From the NCBI GenBank assembly GCA_973895155.1, contig OZ316898.1:16785420-16849419 (forward strand): a stretch of DNA of 64,000 nucleotides, read 5' to 3'. Below, in pieces: positions 13,620-26,855 of the stretch (the stretch's first letter is position 1; every line of letters begins with the position of its first letter). Source of the stretch: Marsupella aquatica (lineage: Eukaryota > Plantae > Marchantiophyta). The notes under the pieces were generated by a model. The model was not told the DNA's origin. It worked only from the letters and a program-made list of their open reading frames with translations, and did no database searches. A program made the position numbers and the translations under genes.

Positions 13620-16310
13620 AACCAATAAAGCAACCCTATCCTTTGTTGCACGTTGTTGTGCCAAAACATTTTGGCCCAAGAATGTCCCTTTATAGTGACT
13701 AATGGGCGAGCCATCGTTGGCCAATCACGACTATGCTGACTCGGACAGGTTGTTTGGTTGGATAGAATGGGGCTTGGTGACTGGTGACTCATTGTCATCA
13801 GGCTTGGTGTTTGGGTTGAGCCTGGCTAGTGGCAACTGGCCAGGCAAGAAATGTGTTTCCAAAAACTACTTAAGGCATTGGTTGCGGCTCATTTTGGGGT
13901 TCTAGAGGCTTAGAGGCGTAATCAGTTTGGATTTGTGATGGCTTTGGTTGTGAGCATTGGATCATCGAGCATCAAGTCTCGTTGGTCCAGGTTCGAGTTT
14001 TGTGAAATGCTAGGGTGTGACTAGTTGAGTAGCTAGTCAATTTTGGGGATTGAGAGCTTAAGGAGGACAGTTTTTCCATCGTTTCCGATCTATGAGCCAC
14101 TAGAAGGGTTAAGCTTGACAACTTAGAGGTAGTGGCCAGTCGTAGGGTCAACGACCAGGCTCTTGCAAGTAAGCCTACTCAAGGGCATCCATTGTAACCA
14201 TTGTGAGAAAACTAAAAATAAAGGAGTGAGAGAGTGTGCTCCAAAAAGTGTTCGTCATGTGTTCTGATCACAGCCAGAAGCGTGTAGTTTACCCAAGGAG
14301 CCCCTTACTTCGTGTCCTCATGACAATGTGATGTGCCATTTTTGTGGAGTGAAACCCTCGAGTTGGCGGTGGGAAAAGAAACAAGGGTGGAGCAAAGGAA
14401 ACCCTTCCTAATAATCAGTTCAGACCATTTTTTGGACCATCTACAAAGAACGGGTTCTTCAAGAATCAGTGTACCAACCCTCACCTGGCCAATTAATTGA
14501 TTTCTATCGTGTGACTTTGCACTATACATTGCCGAGAGAAGAGATTGGCGAGGCACAAGTATTCTTACTGAGAAGGTAGACACAAGCCGAGATTACAATG
14601 ACTAATGCAGTTGAAGAAGGCATTAAGAAAGGAAAAGCAAAGTATTGGTGAAGGGGCGGTGTCAAGACTAGGGTACCACCTACAACTACTATGCCGGTAT
14701 GTTCGGAGTTAGTCCTTTGCACCGTGTTTCCCCTTCAAGAGAGCATGCCGATAACAGCACCGTAGAAGAGACAAGTCCTACCCTAAATGTGTTTATGCAG
14801 ATGCGGCACTGATGCCGAGATTCGTGGAGGTAGAAGAAGAAGAAGAAGAAGAAGAAGAAGAGCCTTTGTAAGTCAAAAGGCGAGTCAGGAAACCTGTTTT
14901 GCATGAACAACAATTACTACCAGCAAGAGAGGATGAGGTAGTGACTTTGGATGTTGTGAGAAATTCGTTGTGGCGGCCTACTTGGAATAATCCATACGCC
15001 GACATCAGCCTAGTGGAGAGGAAGATGACTATAGAAGAGAAGAAGATGTGACGAGCTGATGGACTCGGAATCGAAAGATGGAAGCCAAAGCCGAGATTTG
15101 CCGGCACCCAGGGTCTCCAGTTTAGCACATGCAGGAGAGCTTGAGGTATGAAATTTGCATGCAACACCAAGGCAGTACTCAGAAGATGAGATTGAGGGTT
15201 TTGCTGGGAGTGTAGACATTGCACTAGGTCGGGTTAATGTAGAGGATTACGATGACAAGTACATTGACCATGGGAAGAGGCCACTGCCAGGTGTACTACT
15301 TTGGGGGGATTCCAAAGGAGATTTCCATTGGTTTATTATGGAAATCTGAAGATCAGCCCAAAGTCTCCCCCACCTGATGTAGCACCTCAGGAGTTTGACA
15401 AGATGAAGGATGCCGAGGTGGATCTGCATGAGAAACTTAGGGAGCTGGAGGCCAGGAATTAGGAGCAAGAGAAAAATTTACGGGGAGGGGAATGGTTGGA
15501 AGAAATCAGGGGCTCAGTGAGAAGTAGGCCAAGCCACTTACAGACTTTGATCGGCTTAGGGAGGAAGCATGGGAAGGGATGCCAACAAGGTCTCCTCTAG
15601 GGGATCCAGCTATGCAAGGAACACAAGGGAGTATGGAGAGATGTGCGGACTCCTAGTCTTGGGGATTTTGGGCAATGAGTTGGAGTCAGGGACTTTCCTC
15701 ATAGTGAAGATAGCAGACCAACCCCATTAGAGGAAGCAATGACTTTGGAGCAGCATAAGAAGGAGGAAGTAATTGATCGGCTAAGGAAGATGGAAGCCAA
15801 AGCTGCTCAAGCAAATAAAAACCACCATGCTCAGGATGAGCAGCTAATCACACAACAGGAGTTAAGCATAGCCACTCAGCAAGTCAACACTTGCAAGGAG
15901 GACAACCAACGGATCAAGGAGAAGCTGACTAAAGTCCAGGTGCAATTAGCTGATGCCAAGAAGAACCTTCAGGATCGGGACCAATGACTTGCGAAGCTCA
16001 AGGGTTCAAACCAGAATCAGCTGAACACTTCAACCAAGCCTTGGCTGATGCCAAGTGGAAACAGGATACTCTGCTCGATCGCCTGGTAAGGGGAGACCAA
16101 CTGCACTTACATCAGACCCAACCCAAAGAACCCGAGCTAAATAACACACCAGAAAGACCCCCAACACAGCTGGGTTCATAAGCTCATTTTGATTCATGAA
16201 ATATACTGAGGATAACATCTGGAGAGAACGGCAGCCAAGGAAAAACTGGAGCAAGGAAATTTTGGACGGTGGAGGAAAGAGAGGGGTAAAGTGCAATAAG
16301 GTAATAACAA
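13620..16310 (+). mobile_element. Degenerate retrotransposon-like remnant (possible LTR plus broken coiled-coil/gag-like ORF)
   Basis: Broken charged, coiled-coil ORF fragments at 15155-16181. A possible LTR 3' end (...CATGACA at about 14325) is followed by a weak PBS-like sequence. No intact domain was recognised. Confidence 0.35.
14833..14859. repeat. (GAA)9 microsatellite
   Basis: Seen directly in the sequence. Confidence 0.9.
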
Positions 16311-17647
16311 GTAGTTAACTGAAAGTACTTGGTCACTAATTTAAGTTGCCTTTTCAAACTTAATGAAAATAAAAATGAAATATCGATGATACTGAATCTT
16401 ACAGGAACATTAAAGTCATTTTACTTTGATATCTTTGTTTATTTTAAGATCATTACAATTTGTCATATATAATAAGATGATACTTTGATTAGAATCACAT
16501 ACAAGACAAAAGCTTTTTTTGCTAACCAAAGTTAGTTCTAGCATCATCAGGAGATGGTGTAAACAGGGTGAATTCTTCTTGTGTTATATCTAAACAGTAC
16601 GAGATGGTGTAAACATGAGAACTCTCTTTTCTGCTGAGACTGAGCAGTTTTATTTGTGTTTGATGCCAAAAACGCGACCAGGATACCTTGCATGAATTGT
16701 GAGAAATAAGTTGCACTCTACAGGGACCCTTTTCCTAACTAGCACAAAACAGGTGCCTTGACTGTGTCGATGGCCCAGGGTTTGGCGTGCCCTATTACCA
16801 TCACTCTGCCTCATTCAAGTTCAGCTTTTCAAGAGGGGCTCTCTCAGATCGGATGGTCTCATTTCAGTTAAACTATTGCCCAGAAATTGATATCCACCTC
16901 TGTATTATGACTCACATTGAGATTTTGGTCAAATTTGCATGAGTTTGTTTTTGACCTCAATGCAATCATCAGCTTCAAGTAACAACAAAAGTTTAAGAAA
17001 CCAATGTAAAGCACCTAAATACATTTTCGATCATGTATCCTCTACTACAATCTTCTCAAGTCGAGGACTAAAGCTATTTAAAAATGAGCAAAAGCAACTT
17101 CCTGATAAATGGTGATTTGTTCAAACATAACATTCAAGTTAGGGTTTGGGAAATCAATTTTATGACTAGTCCGATAACCATCACAAGAAATTTACACAAT
17201 CCCGTAACAACCACTCTTATATACACAAATATATTTACGATGATAGATGTAATCATTCTCACGGAACCATTTGGAGAGTGGTGAGGTATAGACCTCAACG
17301 TTCTGTCTGATTCTTCTGTTTCTCATCGGTGAGCACCATGCCAAAAAGGTGGGCTCCCAAAGAGCTCTACTTCTCGTTTGACAATTAAGATAGGCCAATT
17401 TTTGTTTCGCCAGAGTATTACACCGTGGCCCAGGTCATTACTTGTTATAAGACAGCTATGCCAAGAGAGACAATTTCAAATCCAAATGTGTTAGCACGCC
17501 TTAACCAGGAGAAAGGTAGAAGAAAGCAAAGGACGAGCTTCAACGACACATTCACGATGTGATATCTACCATTATCCCCTAATCGTAAGAAAACTATTTA
17601 CAATCTTCCTGTACAACGTGATACCAAAATCTATGTGGCGCTAAAAT

Positions 17648-19566
17648 CTACAAATTCTCTGGCCAGAATTCCCTATAAAACTGTCGCTCGAAAGCTTGTT
17701 GATACATCCGCTCCTCCTCGGCTTTCATCTTTATGGCCTTCTTAGATAAATTCTTCTCTTTCTTTGATGTCTTCTTAGCTGTCTTGAGATCCTCCTGCAC
17801 ACACATCATGTGATGTACAAGGATGTACTTGGTTAGATCATCCTGCAAAACTGAAGCACGGCCACTGTGACCAATCAGGCATAATCTTAATTGCCACGAT
17901 AAAACTAACGAGTGCACTATTTAGAGTACGTCGCGATATCAAGTTCAGCTGAAGGACTACTGATCGACACGGACTTTGAATATCAACATCACAACAGACC
18001 GACCGTTTAGTATGCCCAGGGACAGCCCTGAGCTTGCGACCAATAAAAATGAACGAGGCAATTCAGCCTGCCACATAGCCTTATTTGAAACATGGCTGTG
18101 AGCAAGGAATGACAACCGAAAGCCCATTCACTGGCCACCTTAGTGAGGCTATATCTAAAACCAGTGATTTACAACGTAAAAATTTAGGCAACTCCACTGA
18201 ACCGCATCCACTGGCCAAATTGTTTCTCGTCCAGGCCAGGGACACTCAGTCAGGGTCACCTGTTCTGCTTCCGAGAAGTACAATATGACCTCCGACTACA
18301 CTGCAACCTCTACAGTATCGGTGCAAGAGCACCAATTCCATGAGATCGCAGACAAGTCATCATGTCATAAACTCGGTCATTATAGCGGTGCAGCTTTAGA
18401 ACGTACATGGGAGTTACAGGTAACATCCTGTCCATTACGAATAGATATTTTCATCTCCATGACCGGAAGAAAGACACGATAATAAACGCTTCACTCTTAA
18501 AAATGTATGCCATTGTGGCACTTCTTAACCCCGTATGCGTTCCATATACTAGCAGTAGCGGCCAACGGGCTAGTATTCTCTTTACATTAACGTGCTTTGA
18601 CGAACAATCCGGTTAACAGAAAGGGGTCTGTAGTTTTAGAAGTTGCAGGAGTATCTTGAAAATTATATAAACCTTAAACTATAGGTGAGCTCGAAATTGT
18701 ATAGAAACAGACGAAATCTCATGATGTGGTAAATCAGGATACCTCATTAAGCGGCTCTTGCTCTGCAGTTCCGCGAATACTCTGTTTTCGGTCCTTTTTA
18801 GCTCCAATACCACGCCTGTCAGATTTTAATTGTGGCTCCAACGGATTTAGTCTTCCCTGAAACAACTCTTTGTCAGAAAACTTTCGATGCAAAACGGCTG
18901 CTTTCTTAGAGTAGTCAATTCTAAACATTGAAGGATTATCTCTCCATGGCTCGACTGGATTGCCATGGACTTCTAAACCGCTAATTCGTTTATTTGTCTA
19001 TGGTTGAATAATCTAAACACAAACTGCACAATTATTAATCCGTCGTGAAACTACTACAGACGAAAGGACTTTGGCTTTCAATTCAAATACAGTAGCTCAC
19101 CTGTTCAGAAATTCCTAGTCCAGAGCCTTCCTTCCAACCTGATTTCTTCAATAACTGTGACACATCACGTTAAGAATCACGTCACCTTGTGAATGAAGTT
19201 AAGTGGTAGCCAGAATTTTTTTTCTATTAAGTGTTCAAGTATGCTAGGCCATTGGTAAGTTCGATCATGTTTGACTGAAGGAACAACTCCACTGATTTGC
19301 ATCGAGGGAGACTGAAAGACGGATGCCTCAGAGAAGCTGCATCTTACCTTGAACCCAATATTTGTGTCGGGAAGAGTTTTCGACAATCTCATCCCCTCTG
19401 GTAAAGTTGTCGTTGACGTTGCCACATCCATGGGCAGGCCCGTGAGTTGACTCCATATTGTTGCAGGACTTGGCAGGCCTTCTAGAGTAGCCTTGCTAGC
19501 CATCATCCTCCTCCTCTTACTATCAGCTTCTAGGCCACTGAACTTGGACTGAACGTCGCTCGCCAT
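17648..19566 (-). CDS. G-patch domain protein (GPANK1-like plant family), 4 exons
   Basis: Exons 19566-19348, 19154-19101, 18856-18743 and 17794-17648, all phase 0 with GT-AG introns. They join the G-patch NIGFK-LLKKSGWKEGSGLGISEQ-GRLNPL...RRGIG and end in FERQFYREFWPENL. An alternative upstream in-frame ATG lies at 19623. Confidence 0.85.
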
Positions 19567-20588
19567 GAAGTTTCCACCAGAAAAAGTAGGCGTCAAGTTC
19601 TTGTGTTTGGTGGACTTAGCCATGACATCCAAGAGCCTCACAAAGATGCAACTTTTGCTCGGCCGAACCCAGTATTGCTGTTAGTGACACTACCTTCAGG
19701 GCTGTCTTGCATAGGCAGAGTCCTTGAGTTTCAAGCACTCAACTGAATGAGTGGCATTCCAACATTGGTTGAGATTTTTCTGCCTCAACCTCGTCCTCAG
19801 GCAGAACTGACGGCATATGTGCTGGATGACCAAGGGCTGGAAACTTTGAGGTCCCGAACCTTGAAAATAGAATAGAACAATAGGAGTTTCACACGAAGCA
19901 AAATGGCAAATTCCGTGGAGAATCGAAATCCCCCCTTTCCCGACAATTGAGAAGTGCTACGGGCTGTAAGAAAAGGGCTCTTGACATGCAAGACGGCCCT
20001 AAGCCTCAAGCCAAATCAATGCTTAAACATGTGATCCCCTGTGGCTCAAAGACGAGGTAACGACCCAAAGCAATCGAGAAGCAGTCGGTAATTCTCAATC
20101 CAATCCCAAGCTCTTGAACCCGACGACATGAACTGATGACAATTAGTTTATTAAGGACTCGATTTCTGCAGTTGCATCGATTCTTGTTCGTAAATGTGAT
20201 ACTTTAGACCTGATTGAAGACCACAAGTCGATTGAGGACCAGACTTGCCTAGCTACTGCCATTCCAACTGGCTGAAATTGTAATCTGAACCCTAATAGAT
20301 GCTGGGTATGTGACAGAACCAGGGCGCCGCGGTTGTATCCAATTTCACTCGTAGAAAAGATAATCGAAACTCTCGATCATAACCAGTTAGCAGCGCTGTG
20401 GTAAGAGATTTTACAGTGGCACAAAGGCGTCGACCCGTGAGCAGAAAGTTTTGCAATCACAGTCACCGTTTCTTTGGTCCCGTGGCAGAATTGCAATCGT
20501 CAGCGAGCGAAGACACAGTGAAAGACAACACTGGCCATGCACTGATCACAGGCCGATCTTCAGAAGTGTGGTGCTCCCAGTTTCTAAA

Positions 20589-20992
20589 TTTCTTGTTTAT
20601 TTGCCTCCTTCAAAGGCCCTGAGTATCTGAGTATTTTCTTGTTTATTTGCCTCCTTCAGAGGCCCGGCATCTTTCCTGGTTCCGGCCTCTCCATCTGGGC
20701 AAGTGAACCTTTGGTCCCCCAGGTTGGTGTCCCTTGTCTGGGTCCCCCATTTTTTTAGGGTGTCTATTTGAATGAAAATCATTTGGTTTTTTTTTTTAAA
20801 TTTGAGGCAAAAGAAAACTGGCCTAGCATGGACCTTCCAGGATTGGTGTCCCTTGTCTGGGTTCCCAATTTTGTAGGCTGGCTATTTGAATGAAATTCAT
20901 TTGGTGTTTTTAATTAGCGGCAAAAAAAACTGGCCCAACATGCACCTTCCAGGATTGGTCTGGGTCCCCATTTTGTAGGCTGGCTATTTGAT
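20589..20992. repeat. Two adjacent tandem repeats (about 47 bp x2; about 115 bp x2.5) between divergent genes
   Basis: TTTCTTGTTTATTTGCCTCCTTCA.AGGCCC occurs twice. The CCAGG.TTGGT...CTGGGT.CC...CTATTTGA unit occurs at about 20719, 20837 and 20949. Confidence 0.8.
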
Positions 20993-21281
20993 CAAAATTT
21001 GATATAGTCAACCCTATATATAATCAACCCACATAGCCAGGAGGCTATATATTTGGGAGGCTTTTTACCCCATTAAGTGCTTATCCCGTATCTTAGCTGT
21101 TTGTGAAGGTTTGTCATAGATTGATATCCCAAACTATCCTCATTCCCAGCTACCCTCGGCCATTTTTTGATTGACTACCAGACCATAAAAATATACGGTC
21201 TATTTTTAATGCAATGCAATATAATCTGTGAAAAAAAGAGCTTAAGTGTCAACTTGTGAGTGATCTAAAATGTGAACATAA

Positions 21282-21500
21282 CCTTAACTTTCAACTAACA
21301 GACCGCTTAGGCTAGTGATTAAAAGTGTCACCTCTGTTTATTATTTATGTTCAAAGAACCCCAGACTAACTTAACTTTCAAATAACAGACCACTAAGGCA
21401 AGTGATTAAAAGGGTCACCTCTATTTATTTATTATATTTATGCCCAAAGAACGGGCACTTTAGAACGGGCACTTAAGCTAGAGTAGCGATTAAAAGTGAC
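21282..21500. repeat. About 87-bp tandem repeat (2 full copies plus a partial) upstream of TruA
   Basis: CTTAACTTTCAA.TAACAGACC..T.AGGC.AGTGATTAAAAG.GTCACCTCT repeated at about 21283 and 21370. Confidence 0.75.
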
Positions 21501-21663
21501 GGATCCCATTTTCGAACCAGGTTAAAAAGGAAAGAAACAAACATTTTTTCACCGGGTGAGCCAAATGGATTCCGGTACTAGTTGAGTGGATAGTGCTCTT
21601 CTGTTGTGTCGATTGAGAAACTCGCACAGGAAGTTGTTGTTCAAGAGGTGGGCGAGGGAGGCG

Positions 21664-24093
21664 ATGGAGGTGTCTCACTGCTATCCGGCACAGACGTCGC
21701 CTTTTCTCCCACCATCTCTGCCATGGCGGCATTTTTCTCTGTTCAGGGCAAGTTATGGAACCATCTCTCGTGGGCAATTTGTCTTTCGGCCACCGAGGAA
21801 GCTCCATGTGAAAGTACGTCGCCGGTGATGCTGTAATTCTTCCAGGGATGATGGTTTTTTTGGGGGCTCTAGTCTTTGGGCACGGACGCTGCGTTGAAAC
21901 TGGCACGAGCATTTGAGTCCTGTCGCAAACTCTCTTATCGCCTTACCAAGCAGATCAAGTAGCGACTTGCCAGTTTCGATTTGATTAGTGTTCGCCTTTT
22001 GATATTTGAGGTCCTACAATCATTGGCGAAGTTTTGGCGAAATTGAGTTTTCCGGTGTGGTCCAGCGGTTTATTGTTCCTCAAAGATTTTATTAGCACTG
22101 AATGAAATTGGAACCAATATCTCCAGATTTGGATCTCAGGGTTTGGGGGTTTTGGGTTTGGGGTTTACGCGTCCACTAAGGCATGGTTAACTGTGGTGCT
22201 AGGGCTCGTTCCACTTCTTTTCCCTGGAAATTTTCAAGGCACTTTATCGTAGTTGGAATGCTTTCTGTTGTGCAGTGCTCCGTTTTGAGTGATAATAGTG
22301 TTGTTCCCGAAGACAGATCCGGGGACTGGAAAGAGGATGCATTAGCAGTGAACGCAAAGGGACAAGCGTATCAATGGGTCATGACTGTGTCATACGACGG
22401 TACCAGATACTCAGGTTCGTCATTCACGGCTTGAAGAATTCTTCATATTTTAGGAAGTCAACTCCTGAAACAATGTTCGTTTGCCATCGTGACATTTTAC
22501 TGTTCTGGGACCTTAGCTCAATCATCTTTACTCTCTGCCCCTCTTTGTCCTTTTGGGCAAGGGCTAGCGGCTGAATTAAAGGCTTTTCAATTTTCTTGAG
22601 CCTGGATTGTTTTGCTTCGTTCTGTTTAGGCTGGCAAATGCAACCAATGGCAACCACTGTGCAAGGAGCTATTCAGGGGTCTCTTTCTCAGATCACCAGA
22701 TGTAGTAAGGATGACCTCTCAATTTCCGCTGCGGGTCGTACCGATGCTGGCGTCCATGCCTGGGGCCAGGTGCACTCCGCTTACTACATGAACTGGCTGT
22801 TTCAGTTTTGCACTTTTGTCACTATTATGTAGAATCTGGTCGAGGATGGCACTCTGCGTTTACCAGTTGATCTTACTGGATCCGTATGAATGTAGGTTGT
22901 ATCGTTCACAACGCCTTTCGTCTTTGACAACCTGGATACTCTGCACCGTTCATTAAATTCAATGCTCCCATCTGACATTCGCATCCGGGAGGTTAAGGCT
23001 GTTCGGCCAGACTTCCATGTGCGGTACCACTCAATCAATAAGACATATCAGTACAAGGCTTACATCGCCCCAGTTATGGATCCCTGTAAACAGTCTTATG
23101 CACTTCATCTACCGTATTTAATGAATGTGGATGCTATGCAAGAGGCTGCTTCTTTTCTTGTTGGAATGCACAATTTCGCTACGTTTGCTAATTCTTCTCC
23201 AAAAGCACTCCTTAGTCCTGTGCGAGAAATCTTTAATTTCACTGTGCTGTCATCGGTAAGAAGCCTCCCCTCGCTGCCCGTGAAAGTTCTTTTTCAGAGT
23301 CGATTAAGGCATTGGAACGCTTAGTGAGGGGGGATGATTTAGTCAAGTTATTTTCCATCTGCATGAATGAGCTTTGTGTTTCGAGCTTCCTTCTTTTTAA
23401 TTTGTATCTGTAAGGGAGAGGGTGGTGGGGGATGGGGGGCTCTCGATTTTGAGCCTTGGCTGACTCTTCTGCCCATGTGCAAGTCTTGCAGGGCCCACAT
23501 TTGTTGTTTGAAGTGCAAGGTCGATCCTTTCTCTACAAGCAAGTTCGCAACATGGTGTGGCTCCCGCAATGATACTTCCTTTGTTTCTGTCCTTGTTGGC
23601 TCTGACGGTGTGAATTCAGCATTGCGTACATTCCATATGGTGCACCGAAATTTCTTAAACATTTCAGTACCCACGAGCTAAATCTGCCTGCCCAAGACTG
23701 CTACCTCTTCATTCCTTGGTTATGCTTAACCGCAGTACCCTGCATTTGATTATGCAGGTTGGATTGCTCTTGGAGATTGGTAAAGGGAACTTACCAACCA
23801 GAGCAATTTCTGATGCTTTAGCCTCACAGTCGTGAAAGGACCTCTTCCATTTCTTGGTTAAGCTTAACCGTGACACCCTGCATTTGATTATGCAGGTTGG
23901 ATTGCTCCTGGAGATTGGTAAAGGGAACCTACCAACCAGCGCAATCTCTGATGCTTTAGCCTCGCAGAGTCGTGAAAGGTTGGCAAGATTGTCTGCAACT
24001 GCACCTGCTCGTGGTTTATATCTCATGTCCGTCAATTATGACGAAGCGCTCTTCCTAAATGAGCCAGAAGCAAGCTATGGGCGCCTAAGGTAG
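21664..24093 (+). CDS. truA: tRNA pseudouridine synthase, TruA/Pus1 family, with probable organellar transit peptide; 6 exons
   Basis: Exons 21664-21813, 22276-22414, 22630-22769, 22896-23255, 23492-23554 and 23896-24093 in consistent phase. Motifs: VSYDGTRYSGWQMQ, catalytic AGRTDAGVHAWGQV, LPSDIRI, FHVRY, GMHNFATF, FLYKQVRNMVG, TAPARGLYL. Exon 1 is S/R/P-rich like a transit peptide; its start is less certain. Confidence 0.92.
23703..23979 (+). repeat. Tandem duplication (period about 138 bp) of the intron end, acceptor and first part of the last TruA exon
   Basis: CCCTGCATTTGATTATGCAG|GTTGGATTGCTC occurs twice, with exon starts at 23758 and 23896. Confidence 0.95.
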
Positions 24094-26855
24094 CTCATTG
24101 AATCCCAATTCTATCCGGTGGCCTTTTGACTGCTCTCTTTGCTACAAGCGATTTTGATGATGCACAAGCGGTATTTTACTTTCGCTCCTTTCTACTCATT
24201 GTTGTGTTGAATGGTCAAATCTGTAACGTTATTTGGGTACCCTGTACTTTTGCCGAACTATATCAAATATAATTCTGTGAGGCGAAAACTCTTCATCGCG
24301 ATTGAAGGGAACTGGCTCAAGCTCGAAGATCCTTCTTCTTTGTTAAAAAGTTGTGCACATTGGTCTTTGTTTTGTTTGACGGCTTGGTCCAGTGTTCCTA
24401 ATTGAACTCCTGCAGGATAGGGGACAGTCAGCCTGTGTCCTACTTACTTAAATTTGAATTGCTTTTCTCGTGCAGTCAGGCCCAACTTATAAGCAGTGGG
24501 GAGAGAGAAATCCTCTTTGCCAGATTTCTAATTACGGTAGGATAAAGCCTCGCGAGTGAAATTGTATTTCTGTGCTGTTGCACAGGTAAATATATTTTTA
24601 TGTTTGAAGAATATCGTCAACTGGTTGATATCTGGCAACGAAACATCCTAATGTATCCAGGTAAAATATCTCACTTGATGAAACGTTTTCTGTGAAGGTT
24701 TCTCCGGTTTTATTATTAATCCATTATTCTTTGTCTTGAATGTGACATTGGACACAATTGGGGCCATGTTTACAAAATGTCTCGGGTGTGTCAACCTGGG
24801 CAGATTCCAGCAACCACTGTGTTTAGGAATAGCTGGGAACCGGTCAGTTGACGGCTGCAGTACGGATGGAGGATACAAAACGACGATGCTTGTTCCGAAC
24901 TCACAATCAGCCACGACCAGAATTGTGAATGGACTCCAGCTGAGTATGTATCGAAACGCCTACATCATCAACTGGTTCTATCGTTGACGGTCAGGTGCTG
25001 TCCCTGGTTACTTGCCTTAAGATGTAGCTGCAACAACTCCCGTTGTAGACCATCAGCAATGGCACTGCAAGTTCTCTGCCAGGCTCACTCATGACCACTC
25101 CTGTTCCTTTAAAACCCATTTGGGAAACTTAGTATCCTGCCCTCACCATCACAGACCACCGGATACCAGTTACATCCCCCAAACCAGTACTCCCCGGTGT
25201 AGAAAACGCTGTCTAAGAAAGCACTTCAAAAATTCTGGCCTGCGGAGCACTATAATCCTTGGCGTAGGATGAATGAGGGGAACATATATTTAAGTTGTGG
25301 CTCCGAAAGGCGAACCTCCACCCTTGGATCCCAAGATCTCTTGAAGATGGCTTGTCTTACCCTGATTGTTTTCAAGCCTACGATGGATGGCACCTCTTTT
25401 TGTAAGAATTGTCCCGTCCCTCAAAAGCTAAACGTGATTGACCATTTTTGTTTTCATCATTCTTTGATTTCTTTTTCTGTTCGCTCCAGTTGACAAGAAT
25501 GTCTCGTCTTATAGAGGGTACAGCAATCTTTGCCAGGTGAAACTTTGACAACTTCACTTTGTTAGTAAGTGAAAGGGATGCCTCTTAGAAAACTTAATGA
25601 AGGAATTCCAGGATACCTTGATATCTAGTGCACTACTTTTCTAATAGGACAATACTACAATATTTCTATTGAAATCTCTATTGAATTTCACTTATCAGTC
25701 AATGAAATTGGTACTTGGAATTGCACGTAGTGTAGTCTTTATCAACACGTGCAATTTCGGAGTTGCACGTGGTGAGGTATTGAGTAAAAAGGGGCAGTTT
25801 TTATTGTCACTATTGATACAATTTTCTTCAATTTCTTGACAAGTGCAATGTTCATTCACTTATTAGTAGCAGGAAAGTTTAGCGCAAATTTCCGGACTCG
25901 AGTAGCGAGATAGTAGTGTATCGTTTGCAATTCTTAAGTGCAAGAAAATGCCTTTCCAGGAGCTATTTCACTTAGTGAGATTTGAGTGTAGGAGCATTGG
26001 AATGCAGAGGTACACAGTTTTTCCACTCTATGGTCACGTCCCAAAGCTGGAGACCATAGCTCCAAGAAAACACTACTGCCCTTGGAGTGAAGGGCAAATT
26101 TTAATGTCAAAACCGTGGTCAGGGTCATTAATCTCGAAAAAATATCAAAAAACACTTTTAGAAGGCACCTCAAATGTCGAAGGAGAAAGTCCATGTTAAT
26201 GTCATGGATGGATATTATAAGCATTAGAAATCGTACAATGCGTTAATTCCATTCTTCTTAGATTATTGTCTTTTTCATATATAAGCTCATACAACTATTG
26301 AAAAGTACCTGCTAGGCATAACACATATTGGACCCACCCAAGACGCTTTGGAACAAAACCTATGCCAAGCAGATTAGATTACCACACTAGAGCTAGAACA
26401 CCAGAACTAAAACTGGAACATAATTGTTTGGTTGGAGATTGCTGGTCACAAGTAATCTCTGGCCACTTGACCTGACCACTTGGACCACTCAAGTAGGAAT
26501 TACTACTGACACCTTACAACTAATATGGTCCTAAATGTTTTATACAATTGCATTAAACTACAGGTACATAAAATGGTTATGTACAATGTACCATATTTTG
26601 CTCCTGCTTAATGGCCAGGGCAGACATAGTATGGGCCAAAGACTGAATTCATTTTATTTTTATTTTCAACAATATTTCAGTAATTTTCAATAGGGAGACA
26701 TGGCTGTTTGATAGTTGAGAGTCATAGGTCTAGAGTTCAAATGTTGTGACCGTTCAAATGTTGTGACCGACTTTTCACTTTTTGTGGGATTTCACAAATT
26801 TTCCCTTAAATTGATAAACAAATATTTATTCATCTTCAAACAGAAAAATTAGTTT

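Noticed and set aside
21441-21482. Helitron 3' end (TGCCC...GGGCA hairpin followed by CTAG)
   Set aside because: The GCTAG belongs to the local ~87-bp repeat unit, and it is followed by A rather than T.
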